DNA of 64,000 nt, from the IMG/VR virus record IMGVR_UViG_3300008267_000011, positions 1-64,000 of that record. One strand, 5' to 3'. This document shows, one piece after another, positions 30,594-41,345 of the stretch. Below the pieces are notes generated by a model. The model had not been told where the DNA came from. It worked only from the letters and a program-made list of their open reading frames with translations, and made no database searches. How positions within the stretch are numbered: the first letter of the stretch is position 1; each line of letters begins with the position of its first letter. Source of the stretch: a virus. Position numbers and translations under genes: made by a program.

Positions 30594-30997
30594 TGGCAAG
30601 AAAGGTTACAAAAAAACAAGCAGCAAAAGCAAAAGGATATCGTAGCGGTCTAGAGGTGGATTTACAAGAATCCCTGGACCGATTAGGCATTAATGGTGAG
30701 TACGAAAAACACAAAATCAAATACACCAAACCAGCAACAGATCACACCTACACCCCAGACTTTAAGTTACCTAATGGTATTTTTATAGAAACTAAAGGTA
30801 GGTTTGTTACAGAAGATAGAAAGAAACATGTGCTAATAAAAAAGCAGTATCCAGAGCTAGACATTCGTTTCATATTTCAAAATTCAAAAAACAAGATTCG
30901 TAAAGGATCACCAACAACCTATGCTGATTGGTGCAATAAACACGGCTTTCTATATGCAGATAAAACAATCCCACAAGAGTGGTTGGATTGTAAATAA
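30593..30997 (+). CDS. Holliday junction resolvase, T7 endonuclease I family
   Basis: GYRSGLE, YTPDFKLPNGIFIETKGRF, DIRFIFQ and TTYADWC. Confidence 0.92.
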   Translation: MARKVTKKQAAKAKGYRSGLEVDLQESLDRLGINGEYEKHKIKYTKPATDHTYTPDFKLPNGIFIETKGRFVTEDRKKHVLIKKQYPELDIRFIFQNSKNKIRKGSPTTYADWCNKHGFLYADKTIPQEWLDCK

Positions 30998-31010
30998 TCT
31001 GGCGTATAGT
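30983..31010 (+). promoter_or_regulatory. Putative host-sigma promoter for primase and nuclease genes
   Basis: TTGGAT-16 nt-TATAGT ending 7 nt before ATG 31018; no TATTTAT here. Confidence 0.35.
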
Positions 31011-31017
31011 TAGTTCT

Positions 31018-31941
31018 ATGGACATAAACCAAGCTCAACTTAAACAGATAGTAGATGGACACTTAGGCGCAGGAACTCCTGGCAATAAGGGAGAAACTGC
31101 ATACTACTGTCCATTTTGCAGTCATCACAAGAAGAAGCTGCAAGTGAACTTTGTGTTGGAGAAGTTTCACTGTTGGGTATGTAATACTAAGGGAAGCTCT
31201 ATAGCTAACCTGCTCAAGAAGAGTAATGCAGCCAAGCACCTGATACAGAAGGCAATTGAGCTTGGAACTAGGAGATTTAGTATTCCATTAACAGAAGTTA
31301 GATCAACACAATTAACACTACCAGAAGAGTACATTCCTATGTGGAAAGCGAGTCCAAACAGCCCACACTTTAAGAATGCGCTACACTACCTACTAAACGT
31401 AAGAGGCTTGACTAAGCATGATATTCTCAAGTATCAGATAGGCTACTGCGAGACTGGTGAGTATGGAGGAATGGTTATCATTCCAAGCTACGATGAGCAT
31501 GGAGTTGTTAACTTCTTCACAGGAAGAAGCTTCTACCAAGAAGCAGGTCGTAGACACAACAACCCAGACGTATCCAAGGATATCATCGGATTTGAGAACC
31601 TAATAGACTGGTCTCAGCCAATCACCTTAGTAGAAGGTGCATTTGATGCAATATCAACAAAAAGAAATGCAATTCCGTTGTTTGGTAAGATGATTCTTAG
31701 TAAACTGCAAATAAAAATAATTGAACAAAGCGTTAAGCGAATCAACATAGCACTCGATCCAGATGCACTACCAAAGGCTGTAGAGGCTATTGAGTCGTTT
31801 ATCAATAATGGTGTCGATGTTCGATTAGTTAAACTAGATGAGGATCCTAATGACACAGGATTTGTGGATATGAGACCAAAGGTCGATGAGGCAACTGCAA
31901 TCGATTTGTTTGATTTGATATCGTTAAAAATGGCTATATGA
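31018..31941 (+). CDS. DNA primase (Zn finger + TOPRIM)
   Basis: CPFC..FHCWVC, LVEGAFD and ALDPDA. Confidence 0.9.
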   Translation: MDINQAQLKQIVDGHLGAGTPGNKGETAYYCPFCSHHKKKLQVNFVLEKFHCWVCNTKGSSIANLLKKSNAAKHLIQKAIELGTRRFSIPLTEVRSTQLTLPEEYIPMWKASPNSPHFKNALHYLLNVRGLTKHDILKYQIGYCETGEYGGMVIIPSYDEHGVVNFFTGRSFYQEAGRRHNNPDVSKDIIGFENLIDWSQPITLVEGAFDAISTKRNAIPLFGKMILSKLQIKIIEQSVKRINIALDPDALPKAVEAIESFINNGVDVRLVKLDEDPNDTGFVDMRPKVDEATAIDLFDLISLKMAI

Positions 31942-34900
31942 TTAATAAAGTTAAGACAAGCTTAAAGAAGGTTGACAAAATCCTTCACATTGCGGATGTT
32001 CACATTCGTAACTGGAAGCGCCATAAAGAATACAAGTTGGTATTCGATAAATTATTCGAAGCAGCAAAGCAACTGCCAGAGGATTCCATCATTACTATTG
32101 GTGGAGATATTGTACATGCTAAGACCGATATGAGCCCAGAGTTGATTCACATGGTATCTTACCTATTCAACAACTTAGCAGACATCAGACCGACGATAGT
32201 AATTTGTGGTAACCACGATACCAATCTGAACAATAACAATAGATTAGATGCTTTAACACCTATTATTGAAGCACATGGGCATCCTAACTTGTTTTATTTA
32301 AGAGACAGTGGTGCTCATAAGATTGGTGACGTAATGATCAACATAATGTCGTTACTCGACGATCCAAAGGAGTATAAGTTAGCCGATGCGTTAATAGGAA
32401 AAGCTGATACTTTAATTGCTATGTACCACGGAACTATTGCAAATAGTAAGGTGGATAGTGGATTAAACATTGCACATGGATTAGACTGGGACACCTTTGC
32501 TGGACATGATATAGTTCTACTTGGAGACATTCACAAAAGACAAATCCTTAGCGACGCTAATCCACTAATATTCTATCCTGGAAGTACTGTTCAGCAGAAC
32601 TTTGGAGAATCTTACGAAGGGCATGGGTATGCCATCGTCGATGTGGCGAGTAGAACGGTTGAGCACTTCGACATTCCAAACGACTACGGATACTTTACAT
32701 TTGAAATTAAAGACGGAATTGTACCTGACAACTTACCAATCACATCCAAAACGAGCGTAAGAGCAAAGGTTTACAACACATCACCAGCACAACTGAAAAA
32801 GGCACTAGCCGAGGTAAGAAAGAAGTATAAGAATGGAGAGGTGCTTGTTACCAACATGGACAAAAGTCAGATACAAAATGGTCTTAAAATAGACGATACA
32901 TTGCATGGTTTAGATGTTAGAAATGTAGACTACCAAACGACGCTACTAAAGGAGTACTTGGATCAATTCCACTTAGAGGAGGAGTTGGTTGATAAGATTA
33001 TTAGCACCAACAAAGGATTCAACTCAGCTGTAATATCAGGCGAATTAGTGCGTAATGTTGTATGGACTCCAAAGAAGTTTGAGTTTGATAATATGTTCTC
33101 ATATGGTGAGGGCAACGTGATTGGATTTGACAACCTCAATGGCATATGTGGATTGTTTGCACCAAACCATGCAGGTAAGTCAGCTACATTAGATGCATTA
33201 TGCTTTTGCTTATTTGACCACTCCTATAGAGCAAGCAAAGCTGAGCAGGTGCTTAATAGAAAGAAAGATGGCTTCTGGTGTCGTTTTAACTTTGAATTAA
33301 ACGGATTAGACTACTATATCGAAAAGAGAGCTGCAAGGTACCAAAAGGGACCTTTGGCTGGAAAATTGCGTGTGGATATTGATTTCTGGTATGTTGACCA
33401 TGAAGGGCAGAAGCATTTACTAAATGGTGAGCAGAGAAAGGACACTAACCGAATCATACAATCGTATGTTGGATCCTTTGACGACTTTATTCTAACAGCA
33501 TTATCGCTTCAAGGTAACAACAGTAGCTTCATTGAGAAAACTCAAGGGGAGCGAAAGGATTTGCTAGCAAACTTTTTGGACCTAAAGATTTTTGACAACC
33601 TATACGAGTTAGCAAACAAGGAAATCAGAACAACAACAGTGCTGTTAGAAGAGTACGAAAAGCAGGACTTTGAGCAATCGTTAGGAGATGCTCAACGATC
33701 ACTAGAAACTAACGAGGAGTTGTATAAGGATAAGTTTGCCGAGTATGAAAAGGTACAAGAAGCAATTCAAGACCTAAACGATCAAATCATCAAATTATCC
33801 GAGCAAATCAAGCCAACTGAAGCAGATGGATTGGATTTACCAAACCTACAAACTCAACAGACCTCTTTGGAGAAAGAAGTTGAGTCCAAGATCAATGACC
33901 AACAAACAATACAAGACAAGATCAATGCAGTCAATGCAGAAATTGGTAGACTTGACCAGGAATTTAACAAAACCGATGTAGGTGAGGTACAATCAAATTA
34001 CGCAGACTTCTGCATGATGCTGTCACGTAAAACTGAGTTGGATACAAAACTACAGCACTATAAAGTGACAATCTCAACTAAGCTAGATAAGCTTAAGAGA
34101 TTAGAAGAACACGAGTACGATCCTAACTGCAAGTACTGCGTCGAGAATGTATTTGTTAAGGATGCAATCAAGACCAAGCAAGAGCTTGATGAGGATAAGA
34201 AGCACGTAGCAGAGTTCCTTAGTGAAAGAAAGCAAGTAGAGGAATATGTCGAAAAGTATAAGGATATCGAAGAGCAGTACAAGTACTTTGAAGGAATAGC
34301 GACTGAGAAGCAAAGGTTGACAAATGGATTGAGTGTTTTAGATTCCAAACTAGAGTCAATTGATAGCCAAATACAGACGTATAGGGCTAAATTAGAGCGG
34401 GTAGAATCGAGTATCAAGACGTACAATGACAACTTAGCTACAATTGAGACAAACAGCTCTTTAAACAAGTCTATTAAGGTTTTACGAGAGCAAGCAACTA
34501 AGACCAAACAACAAGCTGAAACGCTAAATAAGGAGGCTCAAAACTATCACGGAAAGGTAAAAGTTAGTGAGAAGGTAATTAGTGAGTGTGAAAAGAGCAT
34601 TAGGCATATGCAAGAGCTATCAGAAAAGCAAATAGCTTACGACTATTACCTAAAAGCAATGGGTCGTGATGGGATACCATATTCTCTAATCAGCAAAGCA
34701 ATACCATACATCCAATCCTACGTCAACAACATCCTAGCTCAGGTAACCGATTTCACAATCGAGATTGAGACTGACGGTAAAAACATCAATGTACATATCT
34801 GCTATGACGATAATAAGTGGCCATTGGAATTAGCTTCTGGAATGGAGAGATTTGTTAGTTCGCTTGCTATTCGTGTAGCTTTGATTAAGATCACCAACCT

Positions 34901-35105
34901 ACCAAAGCCTAACTTTATAGCAATTGATGAAGGACTAGGTGTATTGGATAGCAATAATCTCAACTCAATGCATATGTTCTTCAACTACCTAAAGGATACG
35001 TTCAAGTTTGGACTAATCATTAGTCACATTGACGTGGTGCGCGACATGGTGGATACCATCATTACTATCGATAGAAAGGAGGATTTCAGCTATATTAGAT
35101 GTTGA
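31938..35105 (+). CDS. Fused Mre11/SbcD nuclease - Rad50/SbcC ATPase (gp47-gp46)
   Basis: HIADVH, GGD, GNHD, GDIH; Walker A APNHAGKS, CKYC hook, ASGME, IAIDEG, ISH. Confidence 0.92.
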   Translation: MINKVKTSLKKVDKILHIADVHIRNWKRHKEYKLVFDKLFEAAKQLPEDSIITIGGDIVHAKTDMSPELIHMVSYLFNNLADIRPTIVICGNHDTNLNNNNRLDALTPIIEAHGHPNLFYLRDSGAHKIGDVMINIMSLLDDPKEYKLADALIGKADTLIAMYHGTIANSKVDSGLNIAHGLDWDTFAGHDIVLLGDIHKRQILSDANPLIFYPGSTVQQNFGESYEGHGYAIVDVASRTVEHFDIPNDYGYFTFEIKDGIVPDNLPITSKTSVRAKVYNTSPAQLKKALAEVRKKYKNGEVLVTNMDKSQIQNGLKIDDTLHGLDVRNVDYQTTLLKEYLDQFHLEEELVDKIISTNKGFNSAVISGELVRNVVWTPKKFEFDNMFSYGEGNVIGFDNLNGICGLFAPNHAGKSATLDALCFCLFDHSYRASKAEQVLNRKKDGFWCRFNFELNGLDYYIEKRAARYQKGPLAGKLRVDIDFWYVDHEGQKHLLNGEQRKDTNRIIQSYVGSFDDFILTALSLQGNNSSFIEKTQGERKDLLANFLDLKIFDNLYELANKEIRTTTVLLEEYEKQDFEQSLGDAQRSLETNEELYKDKFAEYEKVQEAIQDLNDQIIKLSEQIKPTEADGLDLPNLQTQQTSLEKEVESKINDQQTIQDKINAVNAEIGRLDQEFNKTDVGEVQSNYADFCMMLSRKTELDTKLQHYKVTISTKLDKLKRLEEHEYDPNCKYCVENVFVKDAIKTKQELDEDKKHVAEFLSERKQVEEYVEKYKDIEEQYKYFEGIATEKQRLTNGLSVLDSKLESIDSQIQTYRAKLERVESSIKTYNDNLATIETNSSLNKSIKVLREQATKTKQQAETLNKEAQNYHGKVKVSEKVISECEKSIRHMQELSEKQIAYDYYLKAMGRDGIPYSLISKAIPYIQSYVNNILAQVTDFTIEIETDGKNINVHICYDDNKWPLELASGMERFVSSLAIRVALIKITNLPKPNFIAIDEGLGVLDSNNLNSMHMFFNYLKDTFKFGLIISHIDVVRDMVDTIITIDRKEDFSYIRC

Positions 35106-35109
35106 CAAC

Positions 35110-35116
35110 TATTTAT
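35110..35116 (+). promoter_or_regulatory. Putative late promoter TATTTAT
   Basis: Intergenic, 17 nt before ATG 35134. Confidence 0.7.
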
Positions 35117-35133
35117 TAGAAAAACAGTTGTAA

Positions 35134-38100
35134 ATGGCAATCGTACAACGTCCCTTTCTAAGGAGAAACTTTACACAATACCAATACGCTGTCGTTGATT
35201 CGAGTGAAACTTCGCCTGATTTCTTCGACATTTCCTTCTTTCCTACTAAGATTGGAGGTGGAAAGAGTGTTATCAAATTCAAAGGAAATCCTAACAACCT
35301 AGCGCTGCTAAAGGAGGTTGAGATTGAGGTAGTAGACGCAGCAGGCAATCCAGTAAAATCTGAGGTTGTTGAGTTAGTTGATAGATTCAACAACTACTTT
35401 GCTTCTATTAACGTACACGACGACACTGCTGCTGGAACAGGATACGTTTACTTGGTAGGAGTTGCAAATAAGAATTCTACTGGCCAGCCGTTAGATAGAT
35501 CGAGCTATAACGAGTTAGGGTATAACTTAATTTGGGGTAGGCCAATAGACATCCAACCATTTGAACGAAACGACTCAGAGCTAATCTTCAACGAAGCTCC
35601 AGCAATCCAAGTAGCACAGATAATTGCACCAGCCCGTATTAGCTCTAATTTAGTGGCAGAAAGCTTATTCACAGCAACGACTTCATCAAACGCAACAATA
35701 ACAACTTCAAAGTTCAGGGGGTTTGATAAGAAGCAATCGACAAGCGTACAAGTTGTCGATAAAAAGCTCAACAGCATAAAGATACAGCCTGATACGCAAG
35801 CAACCACTACAAACATTGTAGACACTACAATAAGAACAGCAAACCCCGACGTTATAGGAGGCTACCAGGCAAACGACTTAGAGAGATTCAACACAGTAGC
35901 AACAACCGCTGTTTCCTTTTTTAGTAGTAGCCATGTCGGTGGCTACATGCAATTTTTTACACAAAGCTATACGCTACAACCCTCATTACCATCCACATCG
36001 CTACTAGCAACAACAAACCCATACAATAGCTTTGAGGTTAATGGGCTGACGCAATCGATAGACGATCAATTAGGATACTGGAAATCTACAGTAGTTCGTG
36101 TACTAAACGACAAGACTGCCTATCTCGAAACTCCGGTGCAAGTTAACACTAGAGTTCCTGGAAGATTAGGCTATGTGCAAAACACCCACACGTACAGCAA
36201 CGTATCCCAGTTCACAGCTAGTTTGATATACGTAGACAATTCGAGTCTGTATATAACAAGTAGCCTAATGTCTCAAAGCTATATCCAAGTCACTTGCTAC
36301 GATTTAAAACCAATTGCTGGAGAGGTTACTAGAATAAAGACCTATTTCAAAAGGTCATCTGCAACACAAGACTGGACGCTGTTGGGTGACCAGGAAGTCT
36401 ATCCTCCTGAGTACCTAACAGACGCTGAAAAGCCTAATCAAGCATCGTACGCACGCACGCTAAGCGACTTCTTGCTAATAGGACACTTTACAGACAACGC
36501 AGTACTGCAAGACAATTGGAGTTTTATCAATGAGACGCCAACTGGATTTGATAATGCAACGGGATCAATCGTAAACAATCCACTGCAGGATAGTGTACGT
36601 TTGCAAACAAGTGGATCGACGAATAAGATACTAACGACAAAATACAACCAAAGCTACTTAGAGAGTCAAGTATACACTATAGCATTTGATTGTGTGCTGG
36701 ATCCGTATACTGATCTAGAGGTTTACATGAATAGTGATGTGCTAAGCACAACGTTAATATCGCAGGACTTTTTGCCTAAAGCGTATACTAAGTCCAAAAA
36801 CAAAGAACTGACGCGTTACCCGGATGGGTACTCGAGGTTTGGTAGATCGATTGGACGTATTGCAAATGCAACCGATCAACAAAAACAATATGGCCGTGTG
36901 CTGTTTGATTTCCTTACAGATGGAGATGGATTAGGTAAGCCTCTACTTAGATGTGTACCAAATGGAGATGTGACTGGATCAAGCTATATCTCAAAAGTTA
37001 ATCTAACACCAAGAAAACTAAACGGATACACACCAGAACTAATACAATTTGCACTACCAGCACCACCAGACTTTAGCTACAACCTTTCAGAGAGCATTGA
37101 TTACAAATTCGAATACTACGACTACTCAGGTAAGCAGTCTGAGTTTATTAGCTACATAAAGGACGAAAACCTAGAACTTGTTTCAGAGATCCAAACAAAT
37201 AAGTGCCAAGCTGAGCGTAAAAGCTTCAGCTTTACATCAGACTACTGGATTTCGTCAAGTTACACAATTCCTAACTACATAGTAAGTGGTCGTACCTTGG
37301 AGCAAATTACTTCCGAGAGCTATAGTGCGGATACGAGACTATATCCTATGTTTGTTAACGGTGCTGTAGGCAGTATACTCGGATCGTACGCAGGTGCAGC
37401 TGCTAGTAACACACCAGTAGACGGATGGAATTGCGCAATACCCTACAATTATATGTTCTCTAACTCAGTAACATATTCAAGCTTCCGGTATATATCGGCA
37501 TCAATATCGACTACAAACATGACGGTGTATCAAAACGCAGCTGGTCGTGTTACAAGTTCGTGGAGGTGGTTTGATACCTTCACCGACCTATACAACACAG
37601 GACCGGGGATTGGGACAGCATTGCAAGCTTACGCGTACACTACAGCCTCTATTTCAGCAATCGACAACGCGCGATTCACAACTCACAGCTGTGTTGGAAT
37701 CAGACGCGACGATGTATCACAATCATATGCAGACTACACTAACGCAGCAAGTAATACAGCGCGAACTGTAGCGTTAAAGAAGAGAAGATTGGTTTGGCCA
37801 ACTGGCGGATCTGTCACATCAAGCTACTTTACTGAAAATGGAGGTATATACAACGTTAAGTTCAAACTAAAAAAAGACACAGACTACCTACCCGATACAG
37901 GATCGTACTTGATGGTCTACCTATTCAATGCATACACAGACTATACAACAAGTAGCATAGGAACAGCTGGTTGGTATCCACCATCAAGAAACATAGTAAA
38001 GATAGGACATGGATACACATCAGGCAGTATCACAACGCCAACTATAACCTGGTACGACAGTGCAACGGGATACTACTACGATGAATACGACATAAACCTA

Positions 38101-38310
38101 ATACAATACGGATCCTCAGCGCAATTGGTATTTGAGCCATCTGGTGATGGGGGAAAGTATTTTGGTACGTTGGTTGATGATATAGAATTTTGCAAAGTTG
38201 GCGTTACAACAGATCCGTTGTTCATCAAACCACAATCAGCAGCTAACCTGTCACGTTTTGGTAACATAGCATTTATCCCAAGTCCTGATACTCCAAGCGG
38301 TCAAAAATGA
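35134..38310 (+). CDS. Large beta-rich virion structural protein
   Basis: 1058 aa, S/T/Y-rich, follows the late motif; rich in [ST][GAS]S. Confidence 0.6.
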   Translation: MAIVQRPFLRRNFTQYQYAVVDSSETSPDFFDISFFPTKIGGGKSVIKFKGNPNNLALLKEVEIEVVDAAGNPVKSEVVELVDRFNNYFASINVHDDTAAGTGYVYLVGVANKNSTGQPLDRSSYNELGYNLIWGRPIDIQPFERNDSELIFNEAPAIQVAQIIAPARISSNLVAESLFTATTSSNATITTSKFRGFDKKQSTSVQVVDKKLNSIKIQPDTQATTTNIVDTTIRTANPDVIGGYQANDLERFNTVATTAVSFFSSSHVGGYMQFFTQSYTLQPSLPSTSLLATTNPYNSFEVNGLTQSIDDQLGYWKSTVVRVLNDKTAYLETPVQVNTRVPGRLGYVQNTHTYSNVSQFTASLIYVDNSSLYITSSLMSQSYIQVTCYDLKPIAGEVTRIKTYFKRSSATQDWTLLGDQEVYPPEYLTDAEKPNQASYARTLSDFLLIGHFTDNAVLQDNWSFINETPTGFDNATGSIVNNPLQDSVRLQTSGSTNKILTTKYNQSYLESQVYTIAFDCVLDPYTDLEVYMNSDVLSTTLISQDFLPKAYTKSKNKELTRYPDGYSRFGRSIGRIANATDQQKQYGRVLFDFLTDGDGLGKPLLRCVPNGDVTGSSYISKVNLTPRKLNGYTPELIQFALPAPPDFSYNLSESIDYKFEYYDYSGKQSEFISYIKDENLELVSEIQTNKCQAERKSFSFTSDYWISSSYTIPNYIVSGRTLEQITSESYSADTRLYPMFVNGAVGSILGSYAGAAASNTPVDGWNCAIPYNYMFSNSVTYSSFRYISASISTTNMTVYQNAAGRVTSSWRWFDTFTDLYNTGPGIGTALQAYAYTTASISAIDNARFTTHSCVGIRRDDVSQSYADYTNAASNTARTVALKKRRLVWPTGGSVTSSYFTENGGIYNVKFKLKKDTDYLPDTGSYLMVYLFNAYTDYTTSSIGTAGWYPPSRNIVKIGHGYTSGSITTPTITWYDSATGYYYDEYDINLIQYGSSAQLVFEPSGDGGKYFGTLVDDIEFCKVGVTTDPLFIKPQSAANLSRFGNIAFIPSPDTPSGQK

Positions 38311-38825
38311 TACCAAGTAGAAACATAAGAAATACTCGTGTAACGATGCCAATTCTCAATATGTTGGTAGATGCACCTTTTTTGGAAAAGACGACGTTAA
38401 AAGCCTTGTACCCACAGTGGAAGGGAGAATCTATAGCGGAAATAAAAGAGAAGCATAGTGATAATCCGTATAGGGTAAGAATAGGAACGCCAAACACTGA
38501 TAAAGCGATGCAAGCGGATCACGCCTTGTTTATACAAAGTTACCTATCGTATAATCCAATCACAAAACAGCTCGAAAAGCGAGAGCTATTACCATATCGT
38601 AACGTTGAGAAAGTTTATATAGGGGAGCAGAGAATAGATGAGCATAATTACGGTAACTACACTCTATTCATAAACGGATCTATTGTAGCGGAGGACCTAA
38701 TTCTGTTGAATAATAAGCAATCTTTATTGGAGATAATAAAGAAGTTGACGGAAGAGGTAGCAGAGTTACGGGTAGAAGTTCACAAATTACACACTCAAAC
38801 CAAACAACAACCTATTTATAGATAA
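38307..38825 (+). CDS. Hypothetical protein with C-terminal coiled coil
   Basis: ATGA overlap; heptad tail LLEIIKKLTEEVAELRVEV. Confidence 0.6.
   Translation: MIPSRNIRNTRVTMPILNMLVDAPFLEKTTLKALYPQWKGESIAEIKEKHSDNPYRVRIGTPNTDKAMQADHALFIQSYLSYNPITKQLEKRELLPYRNVEKVYIGEQRIDEHNYGNYTLFINGSIVAEDLILLNNKQSLLEIIKKLTEEVAELRVEVHKLHTQTKQQPIYR
38813..38819 (+). promoter_or_regulatory. Putative late promoter TATTTAT
   Basis: 5 nt before ATG 38825. Confidence 0.7.
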
Positions 38826-41038
38826 TGAGTTCGTTATCAAAATTTATAGTAGAGTCCCTTCTCAAGGAAGCGGGTGAGCAAACAACAGTTCTGTTCCCTG
38901 GAGGATTCAAGCCACCTCATGGAGGACATCTGGAGTTAGCAACACGCTACGCCGAGCAGCCTAATGTTGGGCAAGTTATCATACTCATTGGCCCTGAGCC
39001 AAGAGAAGGTATTACTAGAGACCAAAGCATTGCTATATGGAGAGAGTTAACTAAGAACAACAGCAAAATTCTTATCCAAAAAACCGAAGTAAACAGCCCG
39101 CTAGCAGCAGCATATAAGTTTTTAGAGACAGCTAAACCGGGATCCTATGCACTTGCAGCAAGTTCAAAGGGAGACGACTACAAAAGAGTCCAGCAATTTG
39201 TTGCAGGACACCAACCTGGAGCAAAGTACGCAAAAGAAGGTGTGGAAGTTGTAGAGCTTCCGTTGGATACTAAACCGTTAGTCTACAAAGATAGGTCACC
39301 AAAAGCAGAAAAGTATGTACCAGGAAAGAGTGAGAATGGAAAGGGAGTTAGCGCTAGTATTTTGAGAGCTGACTTAAAGAATGGAGATCAAGAAGCTTTT
39401 GCAACAAACTATCCAAACGTAGCAGACAAAGGAACTCTTGATAGAGTGTTTGGTATTTTAAAAAAAAAGCTATCTGAAGAGATCCAACCTAGCGATTTGT
39501 TTTCCAAAATGAAAATGAGATTTAAAGACTTCCTTCAAAAAGTCAATCAAGAAAAAGAGGAAACAAAGCAAGCATTCACCCTTATCGCACAGGCAGCCCA
39601 AGGGAAAAGAAAACTCACTCCAGAAGAGCAAAAGCAGGTTGGAGAGCAAATGAGAGATGTTCTTAAAACAATGGGAATTGGAGCAGCCACAATGCTACCA
39701 GGAGGAACGATATACTTCTTAATAATCAAACTATTGAAATTGGAAAAATACACAATGCCATCGTCTTTCATAACCGAAAAGGTGCAATTAAATGAGGGTG
39801 GTGGAGCAGGTCACTTAGCTCATCCGTATGAGGACTTGGAGCTAACCTTCGCAGACATTAAGGAAATGATAAAGGCTGCCTTATCAGGCAAACTAGAATA
39901 TGCACAAGAAAAGTTAGACGGTCAAAACCTATTAGTTACTTACAAGGATGGCAGAGTTAGAGCAGCAAGAAACAAAACTGAGCTCAAGAATTATGGCCAA
40001 GAAAGTAAGACAATTGAACAAGTAGCCGAGAAATTTGCAGGTAGAGGAGCTATACAGGCAGCCTTTGTTGAAACTATGCGTGACTTAGAGTCAGCAATTA
40101 ACAAGCTAGACAAGACACAAAAAGAAACTTTCTTCAAGAATGGACAGAGGTTCATGAACTTGGAGATCCTCTATCCCGACACACAAAACGTGATTCCTTA
40201 TGGAGCAACTTTAATTAGAATGCACCACTTTAAGGAGTATGATCAAAATGCAAAAGAGGTTGCAACAGATAACAAAGGCGTAGAGTTGCTTCAAAGAGCA
40301 TTCGACAATGTACAGGCACAAGAGTCTGATCAAAAAACCTTTGAAATCGGAGTCACAAACCCAGCAACAATTAAGCAAGATGCAGACTACGCTAGCCAAG
40401 AAAAGCAATTCATTGCCATGGCTGATGACGTTAAGCGAAAATATAACCTTGGCGATGAGACTAAGGTGAGTGAGTATGTTAAAAAATACTGGACTGACTT
40501 TGTCAAAGATAACGCAGAGCGTTACAATTACGAAGTTCCTACAGATGTACTAGATATGGTTGTAAATCGTTGGGCATTTACTGACAAATCCATCTCTTTA
40601 CCAAACGTAAAAGCTAAAATAGCTAATGAAGAGTTTGCAAGTTGGTTTATCAACTTTGACAAAGGATCAAACGTAGAAGAGGTTAAAAAAAGAATACTGA
40701 GACCTATTGAGCAGTTGTTCCTAAAATTAGGAGTTAGGGTGTTAAAGAACATTGAGAACCTAACAGCAGTTAACCCAAACGACTCTACAAAAAAGATTAA
40801 GCAAAGCGTATCTGCAGCAATCAGAGGAATCCAAGACGCAATCAACAACGAAACTATTGCAGACAACGATAAGGCAATTAAGTTTTTAAGACGTGAATTG
40901 GGAAGATTAAAAGACATTGGAGGCTTTGAAGCTATTGTTCCGACTGAGGGGGTAGTATTTAGATATAAGGGTAAGCTGTATAAGCTTACTGGAGCCTTCG
41001 CACCCGTTAACCAATTATTAGGCTATTTAAGATTTTAA
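38825..41038 (+). CDS. Multidomain protein: HxGH nucleotidyltransferase + LETM1-like + ligase-like (DUF6267-type) domain
   Basis: PGGFKPPHGGH..SASILR; LTPEEQKQV..LPGG..PSSF; GHLAHPYED, EKLDG, EGVVF, KLTG. Confidence 0.7.
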   Translation: MSSLSKFIVESLLKEAGEQTTVLFPGGFKPPHGGHLELATRYAEQPNVGQVIILIGPEPREGITRDQSIAIWRELTKNNSKILIQKTEVNSPLAAAYKFLETAKPGSYALAASSKGDDYKRVQQFVAGHQPGAKYAKEGVEVVELPLDTKPLVYKDRSPKAEKYVPGKSENGKGVSASILRADLKNGDQEAFATNYPNVADKGTLDRVFGILKKKLSEEIQPSDLFSKMKMRFKDFLQKVNQEKEETKQAFTLIAQAAQGKRKLTPEEQKQVGEQMRDVLKTMGIGAATMLPGGTIYFLIIKLLKLEKYTMPSSFITEKVQLNEGGGAGHLAHPYEDLELTFADIKEMIKAALSGKLEYAQEKLDGQNLLVTYKDGRVRAARNKTELKNYGQESKTIEQVAEKFAGRGAIQAAFVETMRDLESAINKLDKTQKETFFKNGQRFMNLEILYPDTQNVIPYGATLIRMHHFKEYDQNAKEVATDNKGVELLQRAFDNVQAQESDQKTFEIGVTNPATIKQDADYASQEKQFIAMADDVKRKYNLGDETKVSEYVKKYWTDFVKDNAERYNYEVPTDVLDMVVNRWAFTDKSISLPNVKAKIANEEFASWFINFDKGSNVEEVKKRILRPIEQLFLKLGVRVLKNIENLTAVNPNDSTKKIKQSVSAAIRGIQDAINNETIADNDKAIKFLRRELGRLKDIGGFEAIVPTEGVVFRYKGKLYKLTGAFAPVNQLLGYLRF

Positions 41039-41039
41039 T

Positions 41040-41345
41040 ATGAAACTAAAAAAATTAATTCCTCTAGAGGAAAAGAAAGAGGCGATAGCCTCATCACCAG
41101 CAACTAACCTAACTCTTCACTTTGACAAAGGCTTTCAAGCTGTAGGTGAAGAAGGTACTCCTGAAGCAAACTTTACTATTAGCATCAGTAGTGTTGGTGG
41201 AAAGGAGTTCTTTCGTGGGGTAGGCGATAGTGCTGAAGCTGATAAAATTACAGAGGGTGTTAAGTTGGAATTACGCAGAGCAATGCGTAAGTTCGATAAA
41301 CACGTTCAGCATATACTAGATAAATACAAGTTTCATACAAGATGA
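41040..41345 (+). CDS. Putative internal head protein
   Basis: MKLKKLIPLEE leader. Confidence 0.6.
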   Translation: MKLKKLIPLEEKKEAIASSPATNLTLHFDKGFQAVGEEGTPEANFTISISSVGGKEFFRGVGDSAEADKITEGVKLELRRAMRKFDKHVQHILDKYKFHTR

